Of a stretch of 64,000 nt of DNA, positions 9,442 to 20,600 are shown piece by piece. The stretch is from Candidatus Latescibacterota bacterium (lineage in GTDB: Bacteria > Latescibacterota > UBA2968). The notes below the pieces were generated by a model, which was given only the letters and a program-made list of their open reading frames with translations, did no database searches and had not been told where the DNA came from. Position numbers and translations under genes: made by a program. Positions within the stretch are counted from its first letter, which is position 1; each line of letters opens with the position of its first letter. The DNA lies in assembly GCA_965204745.1 (NCBI GenBank), contig OZ242010.1:64001-128000 (forward strand). The letters run 5' to 3'.

Positions 9442-10623
9442 TCACGCCTTATACCGATCCTGTTCTCGCTTGGCCCAGTCGGCGTTGACGAACATGTTGA
9501 GGCCGGGATCGGCGTAGATGCCGTTTATTTTTTTGCCATCGTGTTCGCGCAGGAAATCGATGTCGATTTCCACGCCCCAGCCTGGGCCCGTGGGCAATGC
9601 AAAATGACCCTCTACAACTTCGGGATACGGCGTTCCCGCGCGTTTGACGTGTTCGTCGGCAAAATCGTTGAAATGCTCGAGGACTTTGCCATTGCGTAGG
9701 GTTGCCATCAGGTGTAGGGTCGCGGCGGTGGTGATGATCCCCCCCACATTGTGCGGCGCGACCATCACGTTGTAGGTCTCGGCGGTTGAGGCGATTTTCT
9801 TGGTCTCCAACAACCCGCCACACTGGTTCAAATCCGGTTGGATGATATCCACCACGCGCATGGGAAACAGGTCGCGAAATTCCGCGGCCTTGTAGAGCCG
9901 TTCCCCGGTCGCAATGGGAATGGACGTGTGGTTGGCGACTTTGGTCAACGCGCCCAAATCCTCGGGGCGGGTCGGTTCTTCGATCCACCCCGGGCGCAGG
10001 TGTTCGATGGCGCGGGCGATCTCGATGGCCTGATGCGGCGCGAATCGCCCGTGCATTTCCACGAAAATCTGCACTCGGTCGCCCACCACCGAATGCACGG
10101 CCTCGATCAAGTCTATGGACCTGAAAAACTCGTCTCGCGTCAGTTCCAAATTGCCATTGCCAAACGGGTCGAACTTCAAGCCGATGTAGCCGCGGTCCAC
10201 CACCTTGCGCGTTGCACGGGCAAATGCCTCGGGCGTGCGCTCCACAGTGTACCAGCCATTGGCGTACGCGGGCACGCGGGATACGGTCTTGCCGCCGATC
10301 AGATTGTACACGGGCTGAGAGGTCAATTTGCCGATGCAATCCCAGCACGCCATTTCCACGAGCGCGAGGCCCGTCATTACGACTTCGCCCGGCACGCCGA
10401 AATCGAGGAGCGTGAAGCGGCGATACAGGTCCTCGATGTCGTACACATTGTGCCCGATGAAGTGATGTTGCGTGTCCTTCAAAAATTCCAGCACCGTATG
10501 CGTTTTGCCCAAGACGCGCGCTTCGCCAACCCCGCGCGTGCCGTCTGCCAGTTCGATGAACAAATACGTCAAATTGCGCCAGGGCGTCCCCAGCACGTAC
10601 GTTTCGCAGCGTTTGATTTTCAA
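9442..10623 (-). CDS. Mandelate racemase/galactonate dehydratase-like enolase superfamily enzyme
   Basis: CWDCIGK, YANGW, KFDPFG, EMHGRF, WIEEP, TGE, IIQPD, APHN; TTG start after AGGAG. Confidence 0.85.
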   Translation of the reverse strand: MKIKRCETYVLGTPWRNLTYLFIELADGTRGVGEARVLGKTHTVLEFLKDTQHHFIGHNVYDIEDLYRRFTLLDFGVPGEVVMTGLALVEMACWDCIGKLTSQPVYNLIGGKTVSRVPAYANGWYTVERTPEAFARATRKVVDRGYIGLKFDPFGNGNLELTRDEFFRSIDLIEAVHSVVGDRVQIFVEMHGRFAPHQAIEIARAIEHLRPGWIEEPTRPEDLGALTKVANHTSIPIATGERLYKAAEFRDLFPMRVVDIIQPDLNQCGGLLETKKIASTAETYNVMVAPHNVGGIITTAATLHLMATLRNGKVLEHFNDFADEHVKRAGTPYPEVVEGHFALPTGPGWGVEIDIDFLREHDGKKINGIYADPGLNMFVNADWAKREQDRYKA

Positions 10624-10653
10624 GGTGATTCTCCTTTGAAAGGCGAAAAGCGG

Positions 10654-10712
10654 GAGGTGAGAGGCGAGAGGCAAGAGGTGAGAGGCAAGAGGTGAGAGGC
10701 AAGAGGTGAGAC
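10654..10712. repeat. GTGAGAG/GCAAGAG heptamer tandem repeat
   Basis: Direct reading of the sequence. Confidence 0.85.
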
Positions 10713-10756
10713 GTAAAACTAAGGAGGCTCGGCCATCTTACATCTGGTCTTTCGTT

Positions 10757-11794
10757 TTACACCACCAACATCGCGTCGCCGTAGCTGTAAAACCGATACG
10801 CTTCGCGCACGGCGTCGCGGTATGCACGCATCGCGAGATCGCGGCCCATGAAGGCGGCGACGAGCATGAGCAATGTCGATTCTGGTAGGTGAAAGTTGGT
10901 GATCAGGCCATCCACCATGCGAAAGTCGTAGGGCGGATAGATGAATAGGCGCGTCCAACCCGAACCGGGTTTCAGGTGCCGATGCGATTCGATTTTTACA
11001 GCCGCGGATTCGAGCGTCCTCACAGACGTCGTGCCCACGGCGATGACGCGCCCGCCGCGTGCCCGGCAGTGGTTGACGGTGGTTGCGGCGCGTTCATCCA
11101 CCTGCCAAAATTCAGCGTCCATTTTGTGATCGCGCACATCATCTGCTTTCACGGGTCGAAACGTGCCCGGCCCGACGTGGAGCAAGACTCGCGCAATGTC
11201 CACGCCCAAGGCTTTGATTCGCGCGAGCAGGTCGGGGGTGAAATGAAGCCCGGCAGTGGGGGCCGCAACCGAGCCGCGTACGCGTGCGTAAACCGTCTGG
11301 TACCGCGCTTTGTCCACTACATTATTCGGGCGACGAATATAGGGAGGCAAAGGCACCTGCCCCTGGGTTTGTATCAGATCATCCAGCGTGCCAGTGCCCT
11401 CAAAGCGCACGCGGCGGTTGCCCGAGTCCAAGATGTCTTCGACAACAGCGATCAGGTCGGATCCCTCAAATGCAACTCGTGCCCCAATTCGCAATCGCCG
11501 TGCGGGACGCGCCATCACTTCCCAACAATCGCCGTCTGGACGGAGGAGCAAAACCTCGATTGCGCCGCCCGTGCCCGGGCGATAGCCCTTGAGCCGTGCG
11601 GGAAATACCCGGGTTTCGTTCAACACCAAGCAATCGCCGGGGCGCAAAAGTTTGGGCAGGTCGCAAAATATGCGATGGGCAATCGTCTTTTGAGCGCGAT
11701 CCACCACCATGAAACGCGACCCATCGCGCTCGGGCGATGGGTGTTGGGCGATCAGGTGTTCGGGTAGGGGATAGTAAAAATCAGAACGCTTCAT
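10757..11794 (-). CDS. queA: S-adenosylmethionine:tRNA ribosyltransferase-isomerase
   Basis: IAQHP, PLPPYI, YQTVYA, SVAAPTAGLHFT, LHVGPGTF, TNFHLPESTL, YSYGDAM. Confidence 0.97.
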   Translation of the reverse strand: MKRSDFYYPLPEHLIAQHPSPERDGSRFMVVDRAQKTIAHRIFCDLPKLLRPGDCLVLNETRVFPARLKGYRPGTGGAIEVLLLRPDGDCWEVMARPARRLRIGARVAFEGSDLIAVVEDILDSGNRRVRFEGTGTLDDLIQTQGQVPLPPYIRRPNNVVDKARYQTVYARVRGSVAAPTAGLHFTPDLLARIKALGVDIARVLLHVGPGTFRPVKADDVRDHKMDAEFWQVDERAATTVNHCRARGGRVIAVGTTSVRTLESAAVKIESHRHLKPGSGWTRLFIYPPYDFRMVDGLITNFHLPESTLLMLVAAFMGRDLAMRAYRDAVREAYRFYSYGDAMLVV

Positions 11795-11838
11795 CTGCGA
11801 ATCAATGGAACGGGGCCAACTGACCGGTGAACGGGCTA

Positions 11839-12292
11839 AGAAGCTGTCTTAAAATTATCGGGACCTATCTCCCTGGCCCCGTTATTCGCTTCTCTCATTG
11901 TAGGCTACGCCTGTGCCTATACCGAATTGTCCTTAGAACTTGTCCTAAAACAAACGATGGATGCCCCCTCCTCCGGCTCCTCTCCGCAATGGCGAGGGGT
12001 TCTTCCCCTTCCTCGTAGGACCTATCCCCCCGGCCCCCTTTCCTACAAGGAAAGGGGGAGCGCGTGGCTTTTTGGAGGTTTGTCTCCCTGGCTGTTCTGA
12101 TGGCTTTGAGCGAATAGATCACGCTCTGGAAACCCAAACCCCTCGCACAACCTCTCGCCATTCCCCCCTTCCTCACAGGCACAGGCGTAGCCTACAACGA
12201 AGCGAAGCGAGTAACGGGGGCCAGGGGGGTAGGTCCCAATAAATGGATTCAACTGCTTTATTCGCATTGTCAGAAATTTTAAGATGGCTTCT
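11839..12292. mobile_element. Composite MITE with 18-bp terminal inverted repeats and nested internal inverted repeats
   Basis: AGAAGCTGTCTTAAAATT (11839-11856) and AATTTTAAGATGGCTTCT (12275-12292) match at 16/18; inner IR 11857-11918 vs 12177-12240; no transposase ORF. Confidence 0.75.
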
Positions 12293-12362
12293 AATGAACC
12301 TAGAGTGTTGGGCGAGTGGGGTAGCAAGGGCAGGCTCTACGAGTGATGGGGCCGGGTGGGGG

Positions 12363-12391
12363 CTGACCACTGACCACTGACCACTGACTAC
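12363..12391 (+). repeat. ACTGAC(C/T) heptamer array
   Basis: About 4 units after a G-rich anchor. Confidence 0.85.
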
Positions 12392-12396
12392 TCCAT

Positions 12397-13182
12397 CTAT
12401 TCGCCTTCAAAAAGCGACGGGAAGTGGCGATGGGGTTCGGCTGGCTCTCGGAAGAGGATTTGCTGGCGCGGCGTCAGTGCGGTGTTGGTCGGCGGTTGCA
12501 CGCGATTGGGCCTCCACGCGGTTTGCGCCACGCAGTATTTGTAGAGCAAGGACCGGCGTTGGTGCGCGGCAGTCCACGAGGAGGTGCCGTGCGTCAGGGA
12601 CTCGGTGAACAGAATCGCAGACCCCGCGGGCGCGTGGGGGATGATCACGTAGGGCGATTCCTCGGGCGAGTCAAATATCTTTTGGGGCAGTCTGTAATGG
12701 CTTTTGTGGCTGCCGGGAATACAGCAGAACCCCCCGTGATCCGGCCCCGCGTCTGTGAGGCTCCACGCGACGACCATGAACCCGTCGGTGATTTCGTGCT
12801 TGGGAAAGTGATAGTACTCGCCCGGCGCGGAGTTGGCGATGGGCGACATCGCGCCGTAGTCCGCGTGCAGGCGCCCCCTGTTCATGCCCGCTTTCATGTA
12901 CATGCCGTAGATGCGGTCGAGGCGAAAGCAATCGCCCAATCTGAAGCGCAGAATGGGCATGATTTTCGAGTGGTCGAGGAGGTCGCAAAAGGGCTTGCCC
13001 CACTGCAAAAACCCCGGCCCATCAGGCGCGCTGCCAAACCGCTGGCCCTTTCCCGGCGGGGGCAACTGTCGCTGGTCAAACAGGGCGTTGAGCGTTGCGA
13101 CTTCGTCCGCGCTCAACACGTTCTCAACTACGAGATAGCCCTGCAAGTCGAGCAAGTACTGTTGTGTTTCGAGGTCTTCCAT
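12397..13182 (-). CDS. Phytanoyl-CoA dioxygenase family (Fe/2OG) protein
   Basis: GYLVVENVL, HAD, GGFCCIPGSHK, FTESLTHG, RRSLLYKY. Confidence 0.85.
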   Translation of the reverse strand: MEDLETQQYLLDLQGYLVVENVLSADEVATLNALFDQRQLPPPGKGQRFGSAPDGPGFLQWGKPFCDLLDHSKIMPILRFRLGDCFRLDRIYGMYMKAGMNRGRLHADYGAMSPIANSAPGEYYHFPKHEITDGFMVVAWSLTDAGPDHGGFCCIPGSHKSHYRLPQKIFDSPEESPYVIIPHAPAGSAILFTESLTHGTSSWTAAHQRRSLLYKYCVAQTAWRPNRVQPPTNTALTPRQQILFREPAEPHRHFPSLFEGE

Positions 13183-13410
13183 GACATCCTCCTGTGTGTG
13201 AATCAGCGGAATGGAGTGATGAGCTTGCGCTATCTTTGGGTAGCACGTCCCTTAATAGAACGCTGTGTTTAGAATTGCACCAATGAAACAAAATAAGACG
13301 CGAGACGCAAGAAACAAAACGCAATCACATAAGAACATGGATAAGCTCGGGTTGGTCACTGAAACGAGCTATTAGCCCCGGCCTCAAAGAGAAGAGGAGC
13401 GTCCGTCAAT

Positions 13411-14205
13411 ATGAATTTTCTGTCAAAACTAAAGCACGACCAAGCCAAAGAGCCAACCCATCAGAATTGGGGGATTTTGTTTCCCCTGATTCTGCTGATT
13501 GGCGGGGGTACTGTTGCTGGCATATTATTGGAGTATCCCGATTTTCTGATCTATTTGACCAAAGTCTCACCATTTTTTGAAGCGCGATTAACGAAAATTT
13601 CACCAAAATATATTTTGCAGGTAGGAAATGATCTCATTTATCTCATTGTCGATATATCTAGTGTTATGCTCATCGGGTACATTTTGAGGGTTAGATACGA
13701 TACATCATTCGGTCAAATCGGGTTGTCCTGTTTTCAGGTAAAAAAATACTTACTCTATGGAAGTCTGATAGGTGTAGTAGAATCAACAGTGACCATCATT
13801 CCCATTCTTATGATTTGGCCGGAATATGCAGAAAGTTTTTTACATAAGAGAATTGAGTTATTCCAAGGTTTAAGTGTATTGCAGGGCTTGAGTATTTTTC
13901 TTTATTGTTTTTTGAGGTTTATCGCAGGCCCTCTCTACGAAGAAATTCTGTTTCGCAGTCTCTTTTTTTTCGCTCTTAGAAAGTACGTCAATTTGTTCTG
14001 GGCTATCCTGATTTCTGCGTGTCTATTTTCTATTCTTCATTTCGACTTTTTTCCCGCCATGATTTCTGCTTTTATATTCGCAGGATTAGTGTGTTTTCTT
14101 TATGAAAAGACCAGGTCATTGGTGTTATGTACAACCATCCATGCAGTCGGCAATGTTTTTAATAATCTATATTTTATTTTGTTCTCATTGATCATGGAAA
14201 GATAG
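13411..14205 (+). CDS. CPBP/Abi (CAAX-like) intramembrane metalloprotease
   Basis: PLYEEILFR, FSILH, IHAVGN motifs; visibly AT-rich relative to the flanks. Confidence 0.85.
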   Translation: MNFLSKLKHDQAKEPTHQNWGILFPLILLIGGGTVAGILLEYPDFLIYLTKVSPFFEARLTKISPKYILQVGNDLIYLIVDISSVMLIGYILRVRYDTSFGQIGLSCFQVKKYLLYGSLIGVVESTVTIIPILMIWPEYAESFLHKRIELFQGLSVLQGLSIFLYCFLRFIAGPLYEEILFRSLFFFALRKYVNLFWAILISACLFSILHFDFFPAMISAFIFAGLVCFLYEKTRSLVLCTTIHAVGNVFNNLYFILFSLIMER

Positions 14206-14296
14206 AGGTATCTCGATTTGGTGGGACGACCAGCCAATCTCTGCCGAATTTCGATGCCTCAATTTTTCCTCGACGTATCAGGATAGCGAATCGGTG

Positions 14297-15337
14297 TCAC
14301 CACCGAACGCCTCCCGCGAACGCCACGCTTTTGGCGCCTTTGACGATGTGTCCGATGGGGTATGCGCGGCAACCCGCGTTGTTCAGGTGTGCGAGGATCC
14401 GTGCGACAGCATCCTGCGCACAGACGAGGGTCATGCCCACGCCGAGGTTGAATGTTCGCAACATGTCGGTTTCTGCAACCGCCCCCTCTGCGCGAATCGC
14501 TTTGAACACCGGGAGAACTTGGATGGCAGACAGGTCGATCACGGCGTTGAGATTCTCGGGGAGAATGCGGGATAAGTTGTCCCGAATACCGCCGCCGGTG
14601 ATATGGGCCATGCCTTTCAAGCCCGCGTCCCGAAACAACCCCTTGACAACTTGGTAATAGCACAGGTGCGGACGCATAATCGCGTCGAGAAATGAGACGC
14701 CCCGCATCTCTCGATCTTTCAATTCCGGCGTGCGCTCCAACAGGGCACGGACGAGCGTGTACCCATTGGTATGAAGCCCGTTGGACGCGAGCGCGAGAAC
14801 TGCGTCTCCGGCTTCAATCGCGGCGCCGTCGATAATGCGATCCTTATCGACAACCCCTATCGCAGACGCGCTGAGAATGTACACCCCGTCTTCGACGACC
14901 CCGGGCTGAACAGATGTTTCCCCGCCGGTCAACGCACATCCCTGCGCGGCGCAGGCATCGGCAATACCGCGCACGAGTGTTTGGACAACAGCGGGTTCGA
15001 GTTTGCCGCAGACGATGCAATTTTGCAAATAGAACGGGTCCGCGCCCATGACGATGATGTCGTTGATCAGGTGGTTGACCAAGTCATGGGCAATCGACCA
15101 GACGCGCCCGTGTTCAAACGCCAACTTTTGCTTTGACCCTGGCTCCTCGGTTTTGAGCACGAGCACGGGGTGGTCATACCCCTCAAACCGACCATCGACC
15201 AAACTGCCGAACGCCCCGAGTGGGTTCAATACCCGTGAGTCGTTGCGCCCCACATCGGACGCCATCCGTTTTTTGACGGCATCTGTCTCGTCGATGTTGA
15301 CGCCGGTTTTCGCGTAGGATAGAGGGTTGTTCGACAC
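14297..15337 (-). CDS. purM: Phosphoribosylformylglycinamidine cyclo-ligase
   Basis: YAKTGVNID, GGETS, SNGLHTNGY, MAHITGGG, RTFNLGVG. Confidence 0.93.
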   Translation of the reverse strand: MSNNPLSYAKTGVNIDETDAVKKRMASDVGRNDSRVLNPLGAFGSLVDGRFEGYDHPVLVLKTEEPGSKQKLAFEHGRVWSIAHDLVNHLINDIIVMGADPFYLQNCIVCGKLEPAVVQTLVRGIADACAAQGCALTGGETSVQPGVVEDGVYILSASAIGVVDKDRIIDGAAIEAGDAVLALASNGLHTNGYTLVRALLERTPELKDREMRGVSFLDAIMRPHLCYYQVVKGLFRDAGLKGMAHITGGGIRDNLSRILPENLNAVIDLSAIQVLPVFKAIRAEGAVAETDMLRTFNLGVGMTLVCAQDAVARILAHLNNAGCRAYPIGHIVKGAKSVAFAGGVRW

Positions 15338-15352
15338 GCTGTTTCTCCTGCG

Positions 15353-16054
15353 TTATGGTTTTGTTCCCGAAGCGCACGGGTGTTTGTGTTGCGCGAAGTC
15401 CAATGGATTGGGGGGGTGAATGTCTATTTTGAGGACCCGATCCGCCCGGCGGCGGGATGATGCCGTTGTGTCGGATTGGGAGAAGTGACCCTGGTCGCGT
15501 CCGATCCGCAGTTCGTTTTTGCTGATGCTGAGTTGACCCGACCACCTGTCGCCGAGGACGATCTCGCCCAACTTTTTGATCAACAGGCGTTTTCTGTCCG
15601 GCCGTATCGCGGTTTGCGCGTCCCAGTCGCAACAGTCGATTCCGTAGTCGAACGCGATGGCGAGCAACATGAGGTGGGTGAACGCGGCCGAACCACCGCC
15701 CGAGTACGACGTGTAGAGCACATGAACGCCGGATTCGGTCATGCCGATGTACCGATACCCGAATCGCTGGCTTTTCTCATCGGTGTACACAAAGGGACAT
15801 CGCCCATCCATGACGCCCACATCGCCGAAGTAGCGGTTGCTCCCTTGGGCATCGCGGAGGTTGATCGCCACGACTTGGTCGCCGCGGTCACTCAGCCACG
15901 TCGAGAGATCCTGGATGATCTTTGGATGGACAAAGGGGGCGCGCACAAAGGAATATGCGTAATCGACCACCTGCACCTGCGACTCCTGCCCATTGACCGC
16001 GCAGCACAGAACAAAAAACGCACCCACAGCGCCCGCGATTCGACTCAGTGACAT
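15353..16054 (-). CDS. Hypothetical exported protein
   Basis: Signal-like N-terminus, GGAGG upstream, in line with the cinA-purM direction. Confidence 0.6.
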   Translation of the reverse strand: MSLSRIAGAVGAFFVLCCAVNGQESQVQVVDYAYSFVRAPFVHPKIIQDLSTWLSDRGDQVVAINLRDAQGSNRYFGDVGVMDGRCPFVYTDEKSQRFGYRYIGMTESGVHVLYTSYSGGGSAAFTHLMLLAIAFDYGIDCCDWDAQTAIRPDRKRLLIKKLGEIVLGDRWSGQLSISKNELRIGRDQGHFSQSDTTASSRRRADRVLKIDIHPPNPLDFAQHKHPCASGTKP

Positions 16055-16121
16055 TCGAGTACCTCCATCTCTTGGGGAAGAGACTTGCCAAGAAGCGCGT
16101 TTAGCGGTTCATTCGTTTGAC

Positions 16122-17306
16122 TCAATCCGCGGGGGAGGCCAAGTCGCCGAGTATGGCGCGGCGCACGAGGTCCATGGCTTGAATGACCAACCAGCGGCGG
16201 ATGTGATCTGAATCCTGAAACCGGCGGCTTTCGACGCAGGTTGGCGCAGTTGAGCCGGGGCCATAAACCGCCATAAATGTCGTTTGATCTTCGTACGGGC
16301 CGAGCATTGCCAGGCCCATCCCGCCTTTGGGCGCAACGGCTTTTGCCAGTGTTGAAGCCCGGGCGCGGGGATCGGTCGGCGCGTCGTCCCCCTGCATTTG
16401 CGCTGTGATCACCACTTGGCCCGCGCCACTTTCCTCAAACTCCCGCACCACTTGACCGCCTGTTAGGGTATCCACCACCCCAAGGGTCACTCCTTTTTCC
16501 CTCAACAAATTGCCCACCACCTCGGCCACAGTCTCCCTGCCAGTGCCGTAGATCGCGACGCCCAATCGCTTTCTGATCTCGGCTTCTATCGGCGCGATCA
16601 GCGCGTCGGCGTCGGCCTCTGTATCGGCTTTCGCGGTCACGCGCACGTCGGTTTGCCCGGCGTGTGCGGCCAATCCCACCGTCGGATTGCGCTCGGTCAT
16701 CAAATCGCCAATCGCGCGGTCGATGTTGCTCTCGCCCACCGCGCAGGTACGCAACACGCGCACTTTTGTCACTTTGCACCCGCCCATGCGTTGGACCAAA
16801 ATTGGGATGGCGACCTCGTACAACATGTGGTCCAATTCCCTGGGCACGCCCGGAAGCGAGATCACACAGCCGCGCCCGCGGGCGTCTTCGCTCAAAAAAC
16901 AGGGCGCCGTGCCCACGGGATTTTCCAGTGCCATCGCGCCTTCGGGAATGTACGCCTGTCGCTTGTTGTTATCGGCCATCGGTCGCCCAAAATTGCGGAA
17001 ACGAGACGCGATTTGTCGCTCCAATTCCTCGCTGTAAATCAACTTGTGCCCGGTTGCACGCGCCACGCATTGCCGCGTCATGTCATCGACTGTCGGCCCG
17101 ATGCCCCCGGAGGTCAAGATCACATCTGACCGATCCAACGCGATGTTCAAGACCTCGACGATGCGCTCCTCATTGTCGCCCACCGTGGTTTTGTACAACA
17201 AGTCCATGCCAATATCGCGCAGTGCTTTGGCAAACATCGCGGCATTGGTATCGACGATCTCGCCGAGCAACAACTCGGTGCCGATCATCACGATCTCGGC
17301 TCGCAT
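16122..17306 (-). CDS. cinA: CinA-like competence/damage-inducible protein
   Basis: IGTELLLGEIVDTN, VGDN, GGIGPTVDD, GTAP, LPGVPRE, GES. Confidence 0.9.
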   Translation of the reverse strand: MRAEIVMIGTELLLGEIVDTNAAMFAKALRDIGMDLLYKTTVGDNEERIVEVLNIALDRSDVILTSGGIGPTVDDMTRQCVARATGHKLIYSEELERQIASRFRNFGRPMADNNKRQAYIPEGAMALENPVGTAPCFLSEDARGRGCVISLPGVPRELDHMLYEVAIPILVQRMGGCKVTKVRVLRTCAVGESNIDRAIGDLMTERNPTVGLAAHAGQTDVRVTAKADTEADADALIAPIEAEIRKRLGVAIYGTGRETVAEVVGNLLREKGVTLGVVDTLTGGQVVREFEESGAGQVVITAQMQGDDAPTDPRARASTLAKAVAPKGGMGLAMLGPYEDQTTFMAVYGPGSTAPTCVESRRFQDSDHIRRWLVIQAMDLVRRAILGDLASPAD

Positions 17307-17596
17307 GAAAACCCTCCTCAATCCGTTTGGACGAAATGAAATTCTGTGTTATGTTCAGCGTTCTAAATCAAATGAAATAGAAGGTAAGACGCAAGACGTA
17401 AAAGGCAACCGCATAAAAACGCGGATAACCACGGATAAAAGGCAAAAAATAAAAGTCACTGGATGCTGACTTTCTTCAGAATGACGTTGGACGCATGTCT
17501 TGCGTCTGCCATCTCGTATCTTTCACGGGGGCATCGCCCCTCCATCTGCGCCCTCTGCATGATCTGCGAACTGCCTTTGGGCGGCGATGGGCGGGG

Positions 17597-17630
17597 ACTG
17601 ACCACTGACCACTGACTACTGACCACTGAC
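17597..17630 (+). repeat. ACTGAC(C/T) heptamer array
   Basis: About 5 units after GGGCGGGG. Confidence 0.85.
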
Positions 17631-17636
17631 GACGTT

Positions 17637-20600
17637 ATGACACTTCGAGATCAACAGGCACGCGATGCGATAGCCCGAGTGTTGGATCAGAACATGATGG
17701 TCCTCGCGGGCGCGGGCGCCGGGAAAACATACGCATTGGTGCAACGGATGGTCAATGCCGTGCAAACAGGTGTAGTCGCGGTTGATCAACTGGCGGCAAT
17801 CACCTTTACGCGCAAAGCCGCGGGGGAAATGCGCGGGCGATTTTTCAGCGCGTTGAAAGCGCGGGCCGAAGAGGCAGAGGGCGAAGCATTGGGCCGCGTT
17901 CAACGGGCACTCGAAAAAATCGATCACTGTTTTATCGGCACCATTCACGCATTTTGCGGTCAGTTGTTGCGCGAACGCCCGGTCGAAGCGGGCTTGCCAC
18001 CCGATTTTTCAGAAGTTGAACAACGCGAAGAGGCGGTCATGCGCCGCGAGGCTTGGGATCGATTTGTGCAGCGTTGTTTCTTAGCAGAAGATGCACGCCT
18101 CACGCGACTTGAAGAACTCGGCCTGCGCCCGGAAGATTTGTATGGCTTTTTTCATCGACGCTGTCAATTCAGCGACGTACCGCTCGCGGCAGGGGCCATG
18201 GACAAGCCCGACCTATCGACCGCAGTTTCAAAATTTGAGACCTTCTTGGCACATGCTGGCGCGCATATCCCGAACCCATTGCCCGGCAAACGCGACCGTC
18301 TCCAAACTGCACTGACCCGCGCACGGCTGTTTTTAGCCAACCAGGGGATAAGGTCCAATGCGGACCGCATCACCCTGTTGCAAATGCTCGGCGGCAACCT
18401 CGGCGTCACGGTCAAAAGTTGGGCGCCCCATGGGGATTTTGCAAAGGTATTGCGCGATGAATTGCTACCCGAGTTCCAAACCGAAGTGCTCAACCCCACC
18501 CTCGCGCACTGGCGGCAATACGTCTATCCATTCGCCTCTGCATTCGTCGATGAAGCCGTTGGGGAATACGCCAAAACGCGCCGCGAATCCGGTCGCCTCA
18601 CCTTTCAAGACCTGCTCGAATTGGCTGCGCGATTGTTGCGCGACCACTCCGAAGTGCGCCGCCATTTTCAAGATCGCTACCGCTGTTTGTTCGTCGATGA
18701 GTTTCAAGACACGGACCCTATCCAAGCCGAAATGTTATTGTATCTCACCGGCGAGGACTTGGAAGAAACCGATTGGCGCGAACTCGCGCCTCGTCCGGGC
18801 GGTTTGTTTTTGGTCGGCGATGGCAAACAATCGATCTACCGCTTTCGCCGCGCCGATGTCGAGACCTTCGACCTCGTCCGCACGCGCATTGTCGAGACCG
18901 GTGGTCGCGTTGTCGATCTCAACACGAGTTTTCGCTCGTTCGGCAACCTCTGCGACTGGATCAACGCGGCATTTGAACCCCTGTTCGCCGCGCATGAAAA
19001 TCGCTATCAAGCCGAATTTGCTCCGCTCTTCAAATTCAAACCCGATGGTCGAGATGATTTTGCCGTGCGCCGCATTTCAATCGACAAAGTCTATCGCAAC
19101 CACCGCGGCCAAATCGCATCCCAAGATGCGGATCGGATCGCCAATTTCATCGCGGCGGCCCTCAAAGGCGAAACGGAATTTAATGGCGCGGGAGAAGACG
19201 CCGCGCTTTGCCCCAAAGCATCGCCGGGCGATTTTCTCATCTTAACGCGCACCTCGGGCTACTTGTCTGCTTACGCCCAAGCACTGGAGGAACGCGGCAT
19301 TCCCTTCGACATCACCGGGGGCAATCGCCTGGGCGAAGCCGATGTGTTGCACGCGCTCACAGACTTCTTGGAAGCGATTTACATGCCCGACAATCCGCTG
19401 CCATTGCTCGCCTATTTGCGGGGCGACCTGGTGGGCGCAGGTGACGATGCGCTGTATGCGTTCAACCGCGCCGGGGGCACGTTTAATTGGACCTGCGATT
19501 TGCCCAAAGACCTGGATGCGGCGTGGCAACCCATGTTCGAACAGGCGTTTGACCACCTCAACAAAGCGTCAAAGTGGTTGCAATCCCTGTCGCCCGGCGC
19601 AGCTGTCGCCCGGTGTGTTGACATGCTCGGCCTGTTGCCCTTTGTGCGCGCCCTGCCCATGGGGGCCACGCATGCCGGCAATCTCGTTCGCGCCATGTCT
19701 CTCATCAACGAGTGGAGCGCGGCCGGACTGCACTGGGGACAAGTGATGACAGAATTGCGCGCCCTCATCCACGATAGCGATTACAAGGTCGAGCAGATGA
19801 CATTGACCTTTGGACGAGAAGGGGCTGTGCGCCTGATGAATTTGCATCAGGCAAAGGGATTGCAGGGCAAAATCGTCTTCCTCGCGGACCCCTACGACAC
19901 GAGTTACACGCGCCATGCCCCCGAGTTTCACGTATCGCGCACAACCGAAGACCCCTTTTTGGCCCTGCCCATTACAAAACCCCGCGGCCCGTATGCACGC
20001 GAAGTCGTTGCCGAACCCGTGGATTGGGAAACCGCCGAAGCCGAAGAGGCGCGATTTTTAGCGGGCGAAGAGTTGCGATTGCTCTACGTGGCGGCAACGC
20101 GCGCAGAAAATTTGCTCATCGTCTCCACCTACGGCGAAAAGCCCGACGCCGGGCCGTGGTCCCCACTGTATCCCCATCTCAACCCTGTGCCCGAATTGAC
20201 GCGGTATCCCAAAGCAGAAGCCCCGCCGCTCAAAACGCGGTCTATCGCCATCCAACAGGACCGCGAGGCCTGGGGGCGCGCCGCGCAACGAGAATCCTTT
20301 GAGGTGGTGCAGGTAACGGATGATCGCGCAGATGTCGTGGTTACAGATTTGGATGGGGTACGCGGAAGCGCGGGCGGTGGGATTGCTTATGGCACGGCGA
20401 TTCACCGGATCTTTGACGACGCCATCAACGACCGCTTGCCCGCTGATCCGACGTCTTATGTGAAACACCGCTTGGATGAGGCGGGGGCAGGCGCCGAGTT
20501 TTTGCCGCGAGCACTGGACGCATTGCAGCATTTTTGCAACTCGGAGCTATGGGCAGAAGTGCGGAGGTCAGAAAGGGTCTATACCGAAGTGCCCTTTGCG

